Shown: positions 8,817-18,212, counted from the first letter of the stretch. The stretch: 64,000 nt of DNA from Gammaproteobacteria bacterium (GCA_011391405.1 JAABQQ010000238.1:5285-69284); one strand, 5' to 3'. Made by a program: numbers and translations. Notes: generated by a model from the sequence alone, not told the origin.

Positions 8817-11183
8817 ATGGCCAGGCGCAAACGTAAACCCAGATCCCGGCAGAAGCTGCAGCGCGGCTTCGCCATCATCGCGCTGCTGGCGCTGCTCGCC
8901 GCGATCATTCTCGTCGCCGTGCTCGATCGCCGCGTCACGCAGCAGTTCGAAGGCCGCCGCTGGACCCTGCCCGCGCGTGTGTACGCGCAGCCCCTCGAAC
9001 TCTATTCCGGGCAGAATCTCTCGTCGGCGCGCTTCGCCCAGGAACTCGAGCGCCTCGGTTACATCCCGCAGACCCCGGTGGACCGTCCCGGCACGTTCCG
9101 TCGCAAGGGCGACTCGGTCGACGTCTACGTCCGCGAGTTCCGCTTCTCCGACGAGACGCAACCCGCCCAGAAGCTGCACATCGGTTTCGACGGGGAAGTG
9201 ATCGCGGCGCTGGCCGGTCCCGACGGCGCCGACGTCCCCGTGTTCCGCCTCGATCCGTTGCTGATCGGCAGCATCTTCCCGATTCACGGCGAGGACCGGA
9301 TCATCGTCTCGCCGGCCGAAGTCCCGCCACTGCTGCCGGAAGCGCTGAAGGCCGTGGAGGACCGCAAGTTCGAATCGCACCACGGCGTGAACCCGCTCGC
9401 GATCCTGCGCGCTTTGTTCGTCAACGTCCGGGCGGGACAGGTCGAGCAGGGTGGCAGCACGCTGACGCAGCAGCTCGTGAAAAGCTATTTCCTCGACAGC
9501 CGGCGCACGCTGCGCCGCAAAGGCGAGGAAGCGATCATGGCGTTCCTGCTCGAGTCCCGGTTTGAGAAGGCGGACATCATGAACGCCTACATCAACGAGA
9601 TTTACCTCGGCCAGGACGGCCGCCGCGCGGTGCACGGGTTCGGGCTCGCGAGCCAGTTCTATTTCGGCAAGCCGCTGGCCGAGCTCAACCTGCCGGAGGT
9701 CGCCCTGATGGTCGCGATCGTGCGCGGGCCGTCGTACTACGATCCGCGGCGCCAGCCGGAGCGGGCGCGCGAGCGCCGTAACCTGGTGCTGAAGGTGCTC
9801 GCCGAGCAGGGTGTCGTAAAGCCCGAAGACGCAAAGCGCGCCATGAAGGCGCCGCTCGGCATCACCGACAATGCGGGTCGCTCCGCAAATTATTTCCCGG
9901 CCTTCCTCGACCTCGTGCGGCGCCGGCTGCGCGAGGACTACCAGGAACAGGCGCTCACCGAGACCGGACTCACCGTCTTCAGCACGCTCGATCCCCTGCT
10001 GCAGGAAAAAGCCGAGATCGCGCTGAGCGATGAGCTCGCCCGGCAGGACAAGGGTGGCCGCAAGGCAGCGCGCGGTCTCGAAGGTTCCATGGTCGTGACG
10101 ACACCGCAAACAGGTGAAGTCGTGGCCATGGTCGGCGGGCGTCGCGCGTCGTTCGACGGGTTCAACCGCGCACTCGACATGAAGCGACCGATCGGCTCGC
10201 TCGCCAAGCCGATGGTCTACCTGGCTGCACTGCAGACGGGCCGGTACACGCCGGCATCGGTCGTGATGGACGAACCGATCGAGTACAAGCTCGAAAGCGG
10301 CGACGTCTGGAAGCCCAACAACTACGACAAGAAGGTCCACGGGCCGGTCACGCTCGTGCGCGGACTCACGCAGTCGTACAACCTCGCGACCGTGAACCTG
10401 GGGCTGGACGTGGGTCTCGGGCCGGTCGCGAAGACTTACGTGCAGCTGGGACTCGACGAGGCACCGCCGAAGTACGCGTCGATCCTGCTCGGCACGGCGC
10501 AGCTGAATCCGGTCGAAGTCGCGCAGATGTACAACACGCTGGCCAACGGCGGCTTCCGCTCGCCCTTGCGGGCCGTGCGCGCGGTGATCGACGAACAGGG
10601 CAAGGCGCTCAAGGCGCCGGAGCTCGAGGTCACCGAGGCGGCGCCGGCGGAAGCGGTGTACACGCTCAATCGCATGCTGATCGAGGTCTTCGAGCGCGGA
10701 ACGGCACGGCCCGCGAAGAAGGCGCTGCCGCCGGGCCTCGTCGTAGCGGGCAAGACCGGGACGTCGAACGATTACCGCGACAGCTGGTTCGCCGGCTTCT
10801 CGGGTGGTCACGTGATCGTGGTGTGGATGGGTCACGACGACAACGCTCCCACCGGTCTCACCGGCACGACCGGCGCCTTGCAGGCGTGGACACGCCTGAT
10901 GGCCTCGATCTCGACAACCTCGTTCGACCCGCTGATGCCCGAAGCGGTCGAGGATCGCTGGATCGAGTTCTACTCGGGGTTGGAGACATCGCCGTATTGT
11001 TCCGGCTCGGCCGTCAGAATGCCGTTCGAACTGGGGACGGTGCTGAACCCGAGCCCCACCTGCCCGCCGAGCACCACGTCCGAGGAGGCCGCGCTGATGC
11101 GGCCGCTGCTGCAGGACGCACCGAACGTGGAAGGCGTCACGGTGCCGGCTGACGCAGCACCGCAGACCAGCAATCCTCCTTGA
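8817..11183 (+). CDS. mrcB: Bifunctional penicillin-binding protein 1B (glycosyltransferase/transpeptidase)
   Basis: Basic N-terminus plus a TM segment, a UB2H-like segment, GT51 motifs (EDRKFESHHGV, GGSTLTQQLVK), and transpeptidase SLAK and KTGT motifs. Confidence 0.9.
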   Translation: MARRKRKPRSRQKLQRGFAIIALLALLAAIILVAVLDRRVTQQFEGRRWTLPARVYAQPLELYSGQNLSSARFAQELERLGYIPQTPVDRPGTFRRKGDSVDVYVREFRFSDETQPAQKLHIGFDGEVIAALAGPDGADVPVFRLDPLLIGSIFPIHGEDRIIVSPAEVPPLLPEALKAVEDRKFESHHGVNPLAILRALFVNVRAGQVEQGGSTLTQQLVKSYFLDSRRTLRRKGEEAIMAFLLESRFEKADIMNAYINEIYLGQDGRRAVHGFGLASQFYFGKPLAELNLPEVALMVAIVRGPSYYDPRRQPERARERRNLVLKVLAEQGVVKPEDAKRAMKAPLGITDNAGRSANYFPAFLDLVRRRLREDYQEQALTETGLTVFSTLDPLLQEKAEIALSDELARQDKGGRKAARGLEGSMVVTTPQTGEVVAMVGGRRASFDGFNRALDMKRPIGSLAKPMVYLAALQTGRYTPASVVMDEPIEYKLESGDVWKPNNYDKKVHGPVTLVRGLTQSYNLATVNLGLDVGLGPVAKTYVQLGLDEAPPKYASILLGTAQLNPVEVAQMYNTLANGGFRSPLRAVRAVIDEQGKALKAPELEVTEAAPAEAVYTLNRMLIEVFERGTARPAKKALPPGLVVAGKTGTSNDYRDSWFAGFSGGHVIVVWMGHDDNAPTGLTGTTGALQAWTRLMASISTTSFDPLMPEAVEDRWIEFYSGLETSPYCSGSAVRMPFELGTVLNPSPTCPPSTTSEEAALMRPLLQDAPNVEGVTVPADAAPQTSNPP

Positions 11184-11227
11184 TCTGGTCCGCGCGGGGG
11201 CCGGACAATCGCGGCCGAGGTATCTCA

Positions 11228-11797
11228 ATGCTCCCGCTGTCGCGAACGTTCGTTGCCGTCGCCCTGCTTGCAGCCGCGGGTTGCTCGCTGCAACCCTTCC
11301 ATACGCAGCCACCAGCCTCAACCCGGCCTGCAACCCAGGGCGGCAGCGGGCCGGTGATCTCCGAGCCGCCGACGGTCACTTCCACCATGCCCGCGGAACC
11401 CGTGATCCAGGGGCCGGCACCGTCGATACCGGTGCCTCGCGAGCGCCCGAAAGTGGCGCCGGCCACCCTCAGCCCGGCCAGCAAGGCGTTGGTCTCGCAA
11501 GCGCAGTTACAGCGCAAAAAAGGCGACCTGCCTGGTGCGGCCGGATCGCTCGACCGCGCGCTGCGCATCGAACCCAGCAATCCGCTGCTGTGGGTCGAGA
11601 TGGGCCGGCTGCGGATGGACCAGCGCAACTACGCGCAGGCGGAATCGATGGGCCGCAAGGCGCTGTCGATGGCGGTGGGCGACAGCCACACTCAATCGGC
11701 GGCCTGGCAGCTGATCGCAGACTCGCTGCGGGCCCGCGACAAGAATCCACAGGCACAGGAAGCGCTGGATAAAGCTCAGGAACTCGGCGCGCAGTGA
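11228..11797 (+). CDS. TPR-repeat lipoprotein
   Basis: Lipobox LAAAGC after a signal peptide, a proline-rich linker and C-terminal tetratricopeptide-like repeats. ATG at 11228 chosen within the listed ORF 11180..11797. Confidence 0.6.
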   Translation: MLPLSRTFVAVALLAAAGCSLQPFHTQPPASTRPATQGGSGPVISEPPTVTSTMPAEPVIQGPAPSIPVPRERPKVAPATLSPASKALVSQAQLQRKKGDLPGAAGSLDRALRIEPSNPLLWVEMGRLRMDQRNYAQAESMGRKALSMAVGDSHTQSAAWQLIADSLRARDKNPQAQEALDKAQELGAQ

Positions 11798-11889
11798 TTC
11801 TGGCAGTTAATTTTTTGAAGTTCTGGCCAAATTTTTGTCTTTTCTTCCCACTTCATGGAATTCTTACGATTGATTGTCGATTTTCTGAT

Positions 11890-11929
11890 CGTTTCGAAAA
11901 AAGTGGGATAGATTGGTAGAATAATCTGC
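11890..11929 (+). promoter_or_regulatory. Putative sigma70 promoter of dtd, with a TAGAAT -10 box at 11917-11922
   Basis: AT-rich island in a high-GC genome. TAGAAT ends 7 nt before the dtd ATG, a TTCGAA -35-like hexamer lies 18 nt upstream, and no SD precedes the ATG. Confidence 0.35.
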
Positions 11930-12397
11930 ATGATCTTGCTTATCCAGCGCGTCTCAGAAGCAAATGTTCGCGTCGATGACGATATCGTGGGCCAGATTGG
12001 TCCAGGCCTGCTGGCCTTCGTAGCCGTCGAGCCCGGTGACGACGTCGCGACCGCCCGGCGCCTGGTCGACCGGGCCGTGAGCTACCGCGTGTTTGGCGAC
12101 GATGCCGGGCGCATGAACCTGAGCCTCGCCGACACCGGTGGCGAACTGCTGCTGGTTTCCCAGTTCACGCTCGCGGCCGACACCCGCAAAGGGCTGCGTC
12201 CGAGCTTTGCGGCGGCCGCGCCGCCCGAACTCGGCCGACGACTGTTCGAGCGGGTCGTCGAATACGCCCGTGCAGCGCTGCCCGGCAAGGTGGCCACGGG
12301 CCGCTTTGGTGCCGACATGAAGGTCTCGCTCGTGAACGATGGCCCCGTCACGTTCTGGTTGCGATTTTCCGCAGGCACGGTAACCGAGTCGCTATAG
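11930..12397 (+). CDS. dtd: D-aminoacyl-tRNA deacylase
   Basis: MILLIQRV..., SQFTL and [15 protein letters not shown] motifs. 155 aa. Confidence 0.92.
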   Translation: MILLIQRVSEANVRVDDDIVGQIGPGLLAFVAVEPGDDVATARRLVDRAVSYRVFGDDAGRMNLSLADTGGELLLVSQFTLAADTRKGLRPSFAAAAPPELGRRLFERVVEYARAALPGKVATGRFGADMKVSLVNDGPVTFWLRFSAGTVTESL

Positions 12398-12447
12398 CGA
12401 TTGTCGTATGATGGTTGCCCCCGTTTTTGCGGGCCCCGGAGAACTCC

Positions 12448-12693
12448 ATGGGTATCGGTTTTCGCGAACTGCTCATCATCCTGGCGATTGCACTGGTCCT
12501 GTTCGGGGCCAAGAAGCTGAAGAACATCGGCTCGGACCTCGGCGGGGCCGTGCGCGGCTTCAAGAAAGCCATGAACGAAGGCGAGGACGAGCAGAACAAA
12601 CAGCTCTCGGACCTGACCGGCGGCGGCACCAAGGACGCCAGCTTCCAGGAACCCACCTCGTCTACGTCCAAGACGGACGGCAAAACGGGCTGA
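12448..12693 (+). CDS. tatA: Sec-independent protein translocase TatA
   Basis: [25 protein letters not shown]-terminus. GGAG SD lies 8 nt upstream of the ATG at 12448. Confidence 0.9.
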   Translation: MGIGFRELLIILAIALVLFGAKKLKNIGSDLGGAVRGFKKAMNEGEDEQNKQLSDLTGGGTKDASFQEPTSSTSKTDGKTG

Positions 12694-12702
12694 TCCAGCC
12701 GC

Positions 12703-13083
12703 ATGTTCGAGGTCGGCTTCACCGAGATCGTCCTGATCTTCGGCATTGCGCTGCTCGTGCTCGGGCCGGCGCGGCTGCCGAAGCTCGCTGCTGACATCGG
12801 TCGGTGGGCAGGCCGGGCACGATCGATGGCACGCCAGCTCCGCAGCCAGCTCGAACAGGAAACGCAGTTCGATCCGCTTGCAGACACCAGGCCGGCGGCG
12901 GCTGCGCCATCGAACACAATTCACGCCCCGGCACCCACGCCGGCACCGAACACTGCGCCCGATACGTCGTCCGGCACGTCGAGCGACGAATCCCGCGCCG
13001 CGCCAGCACAGCTCGCGGCGGCGACACCACCCGCCCACTCCTCACCGGCCGAGACGATCGCTGATGAGCCAAAGCCCGGGTGA
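12703..13083 (+). CDS. tatB: Sec-independent protein translocase TatB
   Basis: MFEVGFTEIVLIFGIALLVLGPARLP N-terminus followed by an amphipathic helix and an Ala/Pro-rich tail. Confidence 0.88.
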   Translation: MFEVGFTEIVLIFGIALLVLGPARLPKLAADIGRWAGRARSMARQLRSQLEQETQFDPLADTRPAAAAPSNTIHAPAPTPAPNTAPDTSSGTSSDESRAAPAQLAAATPPAHSSPAETIADEPKPG

Positions 13084-13834
13084 GGGAGAGCCGCTGGCCG
13101 AAGGCACGCTCGTCTCGCACCTCCTCGAGCTGCGGGACAGGTTGCTGCACTCCGTCATTGCCGTCGTCATCTGTTTCGTGCCGCTCGCGTTCTTCCAGAA
13201 CGAACTGTTTACGCTGGTCGCGCGGCCGCTGATTGAAAAGCTGCCGGCCGGCACTTCGCTGATCGCCACGAGCGTGGTGTCGCCCTTCATGGCGCCACTG
13301 AAGCTCTCATTGATCGGCGCGATCTTCCTGGCGATGCCGTACATCCTGTTCCAGATCTGGGGCTTCGTCGCGCCGGGGCTCTACAAGCGCGAGCGGCGCT
13401 TCGCGGCGCCGCTGATCGTCTCGAGCATCGTGCTGTTCTACGTCGGCGTTGCGTTCGCCTATTACGTCGTCTTCCCGCTGATGTTCCAGTTCTTCGCGTC
13501 GACCACGCCGACGGGCGTGAAGATGATGACGGACATCGCGAACTACCTGGACTTCGTGCTGCTGCTGTTCATGGCGTTCGGCATCGCGTTCGAGATGCCG
13601 GTGGCGGTAGTGCTGCTGGTCGTGACGGGACTCGTCAAGCTCGATGTGCTCACGCGCAACCGTGGCTACGTCATCCTCGGCATCTTCATCATCGCCGCGT
13701 TCCTGACGCCGCCGGACGCGGTGTCACAGAGTTTCATGGCCGTGCCGATGTACCTGCTGTATGAACTGGGCATCCTGTTCGCGCGCATGATCCAGAAAAG
13801 CCGGGGCACCCCGGCGACCGCGACCGAAAGCTGA
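13064..13834 (+). CDS. tatC: Sec-independent protein translocase TatC
   Basis: LVSHLLELRDRLLHSV motif and six TM segments. Internal ATG at 13064 chosen within ORF 12746..13834. Overlaps the end of tatB. Confidence 0.9.
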   Translation: MSQSPGEGEPLAEGTLVSHLLELRDRLLHSVIAVVICFVPLAFFQNELFTLVARPLIEKLPAGTSLIATSVVSPFMAPLKLSLIGAIFLAMPYILFQIWGFVAPGLYKRERRFAAPLIVSSIVLFYVGVAFAYYVVFPLMFQFFASTTPTGVKMMTDIANYLDFVLLLFMAFGIAFEMPVAVVLLVVTGLVKLDVLTRNRGYVILGIFIIAAFLTPPDAVSQSFMAVPMYLLYELGILFARMIQKSRGTPATATES

Positions 13835-13842
13835 GCCGCCCA

Positions 13843-15303
13843 GTGCTGGGGGGACATCCGCGCGCGCTGTCGACGCTATTCTTCACGGAGATGTGGGAGC
13901 GCTTCACGTTCTACGGCATGCGCGCCCTGCTCGTGCTGTTCCTGGTCGATGCGGTCGAGAGCGGCGGCTATGGCTTCGACGACAAGACCGCGACTGCGAT
14001 TTACGGTCTCTACACGGCAGCGGTCTTCATGGCGGCGCTGCCGGGCGGCTGGATCGCCGACCGGCTGATCGGCGCGCAACGCGCCGTCATGGTTGGCGGC
14101 GCGCTGATGACGCTCGGCACCCTGATGCTGACGATACCCGGCCCGCAACAGCTCTTCTTCGGCGGGCTCGTGGTGATCATCCTCGGCGTCGGCCTGCTGA
14201 AACCGAACGTCTCCACGCTCGTCGCCGACCTCTACCCCGAAGGCGGCGGCCGGCGTGACGCAGGCTTCACGATCTTCTACATGGGGATCAACCTCGGTGC
14301 GTTCATCGGCCCGTTGATCGCGGGCTGGCTGGCGCAGCGTTACGGCTGGCGCATCGGTTTTCTCGCGGCGGCGATCGGCCTGCCCTTCGGATTGCTGCAA
14401 TTCTGGCTGTCACGCCGTCTGTTCAACGGCGCCGGCGCGCACCCGAACCGCAATGACGGCGGCGCAGGGCTCGCGACTGACTGGCGTCGGCTCTGGGTCG
14501 CGCTGGCCGTGTTCGCCGCGGTTGCGGCCGTGCTGTTCTCAGGGACCGTGCACCTCGACCCGGCACGACTCGCAAAAAGCGCCGCCTACGTGCTGGTCGG
14601 CATGGCCGCGCTGTACTTCCTGTACCTGTTCTTCGGCGCGGGACTCAACCCGGTCGAACGCAAGCGCATGGTTGTCGTGCTCGTGATGTTCCTGGGGGTC
14701 GCGTCGTTCTGGTCGGGCTACGAGCAGGCGGGCTCGTCGCTCAACCTCTTCGCCAAACGCTACATCGATCGCATGGTCGGTGGCTTCGAAATTCCGGCGG
14801 GCTGGTTCCAGTCGGTGCAGCCGGCGTTCGTCATCCTGTTCGCGCCAGTCTTCTCGGCGCTGTGGGTGCAACTCGCGCGACGCCAGATGGATCCTGCTGC
14901 GCCGCTCAAGTTCGCGTTCGGGTTGCTGCTGATGGGCCTGGGGTTCCTGTTCATGGTGTCCGCGGCCAATATCGTGGCCGGTGGCGCCAACGCCCCGGCG
15001 TACCTGCTGATCCTGACCTACCTGCTCACCGTGTTTGGCGAGCTCTGCGTGAGCCCCGTCGGCCTCTCGACCGTGACCAAGCTCGCGCCGGCGCGGCTGG
15101 TCGGGCAGATGATGGGCGTCTGGTTCCTCGGCAGCTCGCTCGGCAAGCTCATGGCCGGCCTCATCGCCGGCGGCTTCGACGCCAACAACCTCGCCGCGAT
15201 GCCTGACCGGTTCATGGGTATCGTGCTCTACGCCTGCGGCATCGGCGTGTTCCTGCTGCTCATCAGCCGCCCACTCGCGCGACTGATGGGCAACGTCCGC
15301 TGA
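13843..15303 (+). CDS. POT/PTR2 family proton-dependent di/tripeptide transporter (paralog 1)
   Basis: GHPRAL..FFTEMWERFTFYGMRALLVLFL (ExxERFxYYG signature) and the FYMGINLGAF motif. GTG start. Confidence 0.88.
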   Translation: MLGGHPRALSTLFFTEMWERFTFYGMRALLVLFLVDAVESGGYGFDDKTATAIYGLYTAAVFMAALPGGWIADRLIGAQRAVMVGGALMTLGTLMLTIPGPQQLFFGGLVVIILGVGLLKPNVSTLVADLYPEGGGRRDAGFTIFYMGINLGAFIGPLIAGWLAQRYGWRIGFLAAAIGLPFGLLQFWLSRRLFNGAGAHPNRNDGGAGLATDWRRLWVALAVFAAVAAVLFSGTVHLDPARLAKSAAYVLVGMAALYFLYLFFGAGLNPVERKRMVVVLVMFLGVASFWSGYEQAGSSLNLFAKRYIDRMVGGFEIPAGWFQSVQPAFVILFAPVFSALWVQLARRQMDPAAPLKFAFGLLLMGLGFLFMVSAANIVAGGANAPAYLLILTYLLTVFGELCVSPVGLSTVTKLAPARLVGQMMGVWFLGSSLGKLMAGLIAGGFDANNLAAMPDRFMGIVLYACGIGVFLLLISRPLARLMGNVR

Positions 15304-15347
15304 GCCTGTACCCGCTTTCATTGCTCGTCCCAAGAACTGGAGTCCTC

Positions 15348-16664
15348 ATGCCTTCGACCCTGTGCCTGTCCGTCCGCCGTGCGTTCGCTGCCGTCGCGGC
15401 GTGCGCAATCCCGACCGTCTTTGCTGCCGATGTGCCGTCCGCTGCGGTCCCCGAACCCATCACGGCGATCAAGGCGGGCAAGCTCATCGACGTGGTGACG
15501 GGCCGGGTGCGCAATGACCAGGTGATCATCGTGCAGGGCGGCAAGATCAGCGCGGTCGGTGCCGCCGGGGTGACGGTGGTACCGCCGGGTGCCACGGTCA
15601 TCGACCTCTCCAGCAAGACGGTGCTGCCGGGACTGATCGACACGCACACGCACGTGACCGGTGACCCGACCACGCCGCCCTACCGTGGCTACGGTATTTC
15701 GATTCCGCGCGAGGCGCTGATGGGTGCGCGCTTTGGCCGCGAGACGCTGCTGTCCGGCGTAACGACGATCCGCAACGTCGGCGCCAGCGGTTACTCGGAC
15801 ATTGCGCTGCGCGATGCCATCAACGCGGGCGACGTCATCGGACCCCGCATCCTGGCGTCGGGCCCGGCACTGGGCATCACGGGCGGCCATTGCGACAGCA
15901 ACATGCTCGCGCCCGAATACAACGAACGCGGTGAGGGCGTGGCTGACGGCGTCGACGCGGTGCGCGCGATGGTGCGCAAGAACGTGAAGTACGGCGCGGA
16001 CGTGATCAAGTATTGCGGCACCGGCGGCGTGTTCTCCAAGGGTACGCGAGTCGGCGCGCAGCAATACACGCCGGAAGAAGTCGCCGCGATCGTCGACGAA
16101 GCCCACATGCACGGCCGCAGGGTCGCAGTGCATGCGCACGGCGCCAATGGCATCAAGGTCGCGCTCAAGGCAGGCGTCGACACGATCGAGCATGCGAGCC
16201 TGATCGACCAGGAAGGGCTCGACCTGGCAAAGAAGACCGGTGCGTACCTGTCGATGGACATTTTCAACACCGAATACACGCAGTCCGAAGGCCCCAAGCG
16301 CAATGAGATGGAGGAGTTCCTGCGCAAGGACCGCGAAGTGGCGCAGGCGCAGCGCGATAATTTCCGCAAGGCCGTGCAGATGGGCATCAAGCTCACCATG
16401 GGCACCGACACCGGTGTGCATCCGCACAAGGACGCGCCGAAGCAGCTCGCGTACATGGTGCAGTACGGGATGACACCGATGCAGGCGATCCAGGCGGCCA
16501 CGAAAGTCGGCGCCGAGGCACTCGGCATCGAAGCCGAGGCCGGACAGATCGCCGCGGGCTACTCGGCTGACATCGTCGCCGTGACACGCGACCCGCTCGC
16601 GGACATCCACGCGCTGGATGCCGTCGAGTTCGTCATGAAACAGGGAACCGTGTACAAGCAGTAA
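15348..16664 (+). CDS. Exported amidohydrolase-superfamily metallohydrolase (probable dipeptidase/prolidase-like, COG1228 type)
   Basis: Signal peptide (AVAACAIPTVFA/AD), LPGLIDTHTHV metal-binding motif and later VHAHG and HAS motifs. GGAG SD lies 6 nt before the ATG at 15348. Confidence 0.75.
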   Translation: MPSTLCLSVRRAFAAVAACAIPTVFAADVPSAAVPEPITAIKAGKLIDVVTGRVRNDQVIIVQGGKISAVGAAGVTVVPPGATVIDLSSKTVLPGLIDTHTHVTGDPTTPPYRGYGISIPREALMGARFGRETLLSGVTTIRNVGASGYSDIALRDAINAGDVIGPRILASGPALGITGGHCDSNMLAPEYNERGEGVADGVDAVRAMVRKNVKYGADVIKYCGTGGVFSKGTRVGAQQYTPEEVAAIVDEAHMHGRRVAVHAHGANGIKVALKAGVDTIEHASLIDQEGLDLAKKTGAYLSMDIFNTEYTQSEGPKRNEMEEFLRKDREVAQAQRDNFRKAVQMGIKLTMGTDTGVHPHKDAPKQLAYMVQYGMTPMQAIQAATKVGAEALGIEAEAGQIAAGYSADIVAVTRDPLADIHALDAVEFVMKQGTVYKQ

Positions 16665-16736
16665 TCCGGTCGGGCAGGGGGGCTCGCCATCAGGGATCAC
16701 TGGTTCGGGCATCCGCGAGGACTCGCCACACTCTTC

Positions 16737-18164
16737 ATGACGGAGATGTGGGAGCGCTTCACCTATTACGGGATGCGCGGGATCCTGATCCTGTTCCTGG
16801 TCGACGCCGTCGCGACCGGCGGCTTCGGGCTCGACGATCGCAAAGCCACCGCGATCTACGGCCTCTACACCACGGCGACGTACCTGATGGCCCTGCCCGG
16901 CGGCTGGCTCGCCGACCGCCTGCTCGGAGCCCAGCGTGCGGTCGTGTGGGGAGCCGCGCTGATTCTCGTCGGCAACACGGCGCTGGCGATTCCGGCAGGA
17001 CCCACGCTCTTCTATACCGGTTGCCTGGTGGTCGTGCTCGGCGTCGGGCTGCTGAAGCCGAACATCAGCGCGATGGTTGCACAGCTGTATCCGCAAGGCG
17101 GCGCCGCGCGTGACGCAGGGTTTACCCTTTTTTACCTGGGCATCAACGTCGGCGCATTGATCGGTTCACTGGCGACGCCCTGGCTCGCGCAGCAGTACGG
17201 TTGGCGCGCAGGATTTGCGGGCGCCGCCGTCGCGATGGCCCTCGGGCTCGCGCAGTTCCTGCTTACTCGCCATCACCTGGGTGACGCTGGAAAACGTGCG
17301 CGTCCCACGCATCCAGCTTTGCTCGCCGCCGACCAACGGCAGTGGCGCGGAGTCGTGGTCGTGCTGGGCGCCGTCGCTGTCATCACGACGCTGATTGCAG
17401 CCGGCATCATCACGCTCGACCCGACGCATGTCGCACGCTGGACCGCCGTTGCGATCCTCGTCGTGACCGTGGGGTATTTCTTCTACCTGCTCACGTTCGC
17501 CGGTCTCGACCGCATCGAGCGCCGACGCGTGCTGGTCGTGCTCGCGCTCTTCGTTTCGTCCGCGCTGTTCTGGGCCGGTTACGAACAGGCGGGCTCGTCG
17601 TTGAACCTGTTCGCGGAACGGTTCACCGATCGCATGGTTGGCGGCTTCGAGATTCCCGCGGGCTGGTTCCAGGCGCCGAGTGCGCTCTATATCCTGCTGT
17701 TCGCGCCGGCGTTCTCCGCACTCTGGATCTACCTCGGCCGGCGCAACCTCGACCCTTCGGCCCCCGCCAAGTTTGCATTCGGCCTGCTGCTGCTCGGCCT
17801 GGGGTTCCTGGTGATGGTGGGTGCAGCCACGGTGGTCGCCAGCGGCCGGCTCGCGGGTCCGCAATGGCTACTGCTGGCCTATCTGCTGCATTGCTTCGGC
17901 GAGTTGTGCCTGAGCCCCGTGGGTCTCAGCTCGGTGACGAAACTCGCACCGCCTCGCTTCGTCGGCCAGATGATGGGACTGTGGTTCCTGGCGACGTCGC
18001 TCGGCCTGTTGCTTGCCGGTCTCGTCGCCGGTGGGTTCGATGCACAGGACGTCGCGTCGATGCCCGGCCAGTACCTGAAGATTGCACTCGTCTCGCTTGG
18101 TGCGGGTGCCGCCCTGCTCCTGATCGCCAGCCGTGTGCAGCGTCTGGCAGGCGGCATCAAATAG
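16737..18164 (+). CDS. POT/PTR2 family peptide transporter (paralog 2); true start probably upstream (ATC at 16689)
   Basis: MTEMWERFTYYGMRGILILFL signature. The conserved WFGHPRGLATLF segment is encoded in frame upstream of the first ATG (see finding). Confidence 0.85.
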   Translation: MTEMWERFTYYGMRGILILFLVDAVATGGFGLDDRKATAIYGLYTTATYLMALPGGWLADRLLGAQRAVVWGAALILVGNTALAIPAGPTLFYTGCLVVVLGVGLLKPNISAMVAQLYPQGGAARDAGFTLFYLGINVGALIGSLATPWLAQQYGWRAGFAGAAVAMALGLAQFLLTRHHLGDAGKRARPTHPALLAADQRQWRGVVVVLGAVAVITTLIAAGIITLDPTHVARWTAVAILVVTVGYFFYLLTFAGLDRIERRRVLVVLALFVSSALFWAGYEQAGSSLNLFAERFTDRMVGGFEIPAGWFQAPSALYILLFAPAFSALWIYLGRRNLDPSAPAKFAFGLLLLGLGFLVMVGAATVVASGRLAGPQWLLLAYLLHCFGELCLSPVGLSSVTKLAPPRFVGQMMGLWFLATSLGLLLAGLVAGGFDAQDVASMPGQYLKIALVSLGAGAALLLIASRVQRLAGGIK

Positions 18165-18212
18165 GGGACGTGCACCGGCAAATAGACTATTTGCCGGTGC
18201 ACGTCCCCTATT
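18160..18212. repeat. 53-bp perfect palindrome (26-bp arms, 1-nt centre) overlapping the stop codon of POT paralog 2; REP-like element or factor-independent terminator hairpin
   Basis: AATAGGGGACGTGCACCGGCAAATAG-A-CTATTTGCCGGTGCACGTCCCCTATT read directly. The stop TAG (18162-18164) lies in the left arm. No clear U-tract follows. Confidence 0.7.

Noticed and set aside
7947-11333. Very long antisense ORF (1128 aa) opposite mrcB. There are similar long antisense or shadow ORFs opposite uvrD (4208-5824), the FAD oxidase (984-2378), the amidohydrolase/POT genes (15318-17096), tonB-exbB (22066-23925), OPT (27678-29312), glnA (45124-46746) and the GGDEF-EAL gene (32800-34608).
   Set aside because: Their translations are Arg/Ala/Gly/His-rich low-information sequences with no recognisable motifs. 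They exactly shadow genes with strong family signatures. Stop-poor antisense frames are expected at this GC content.
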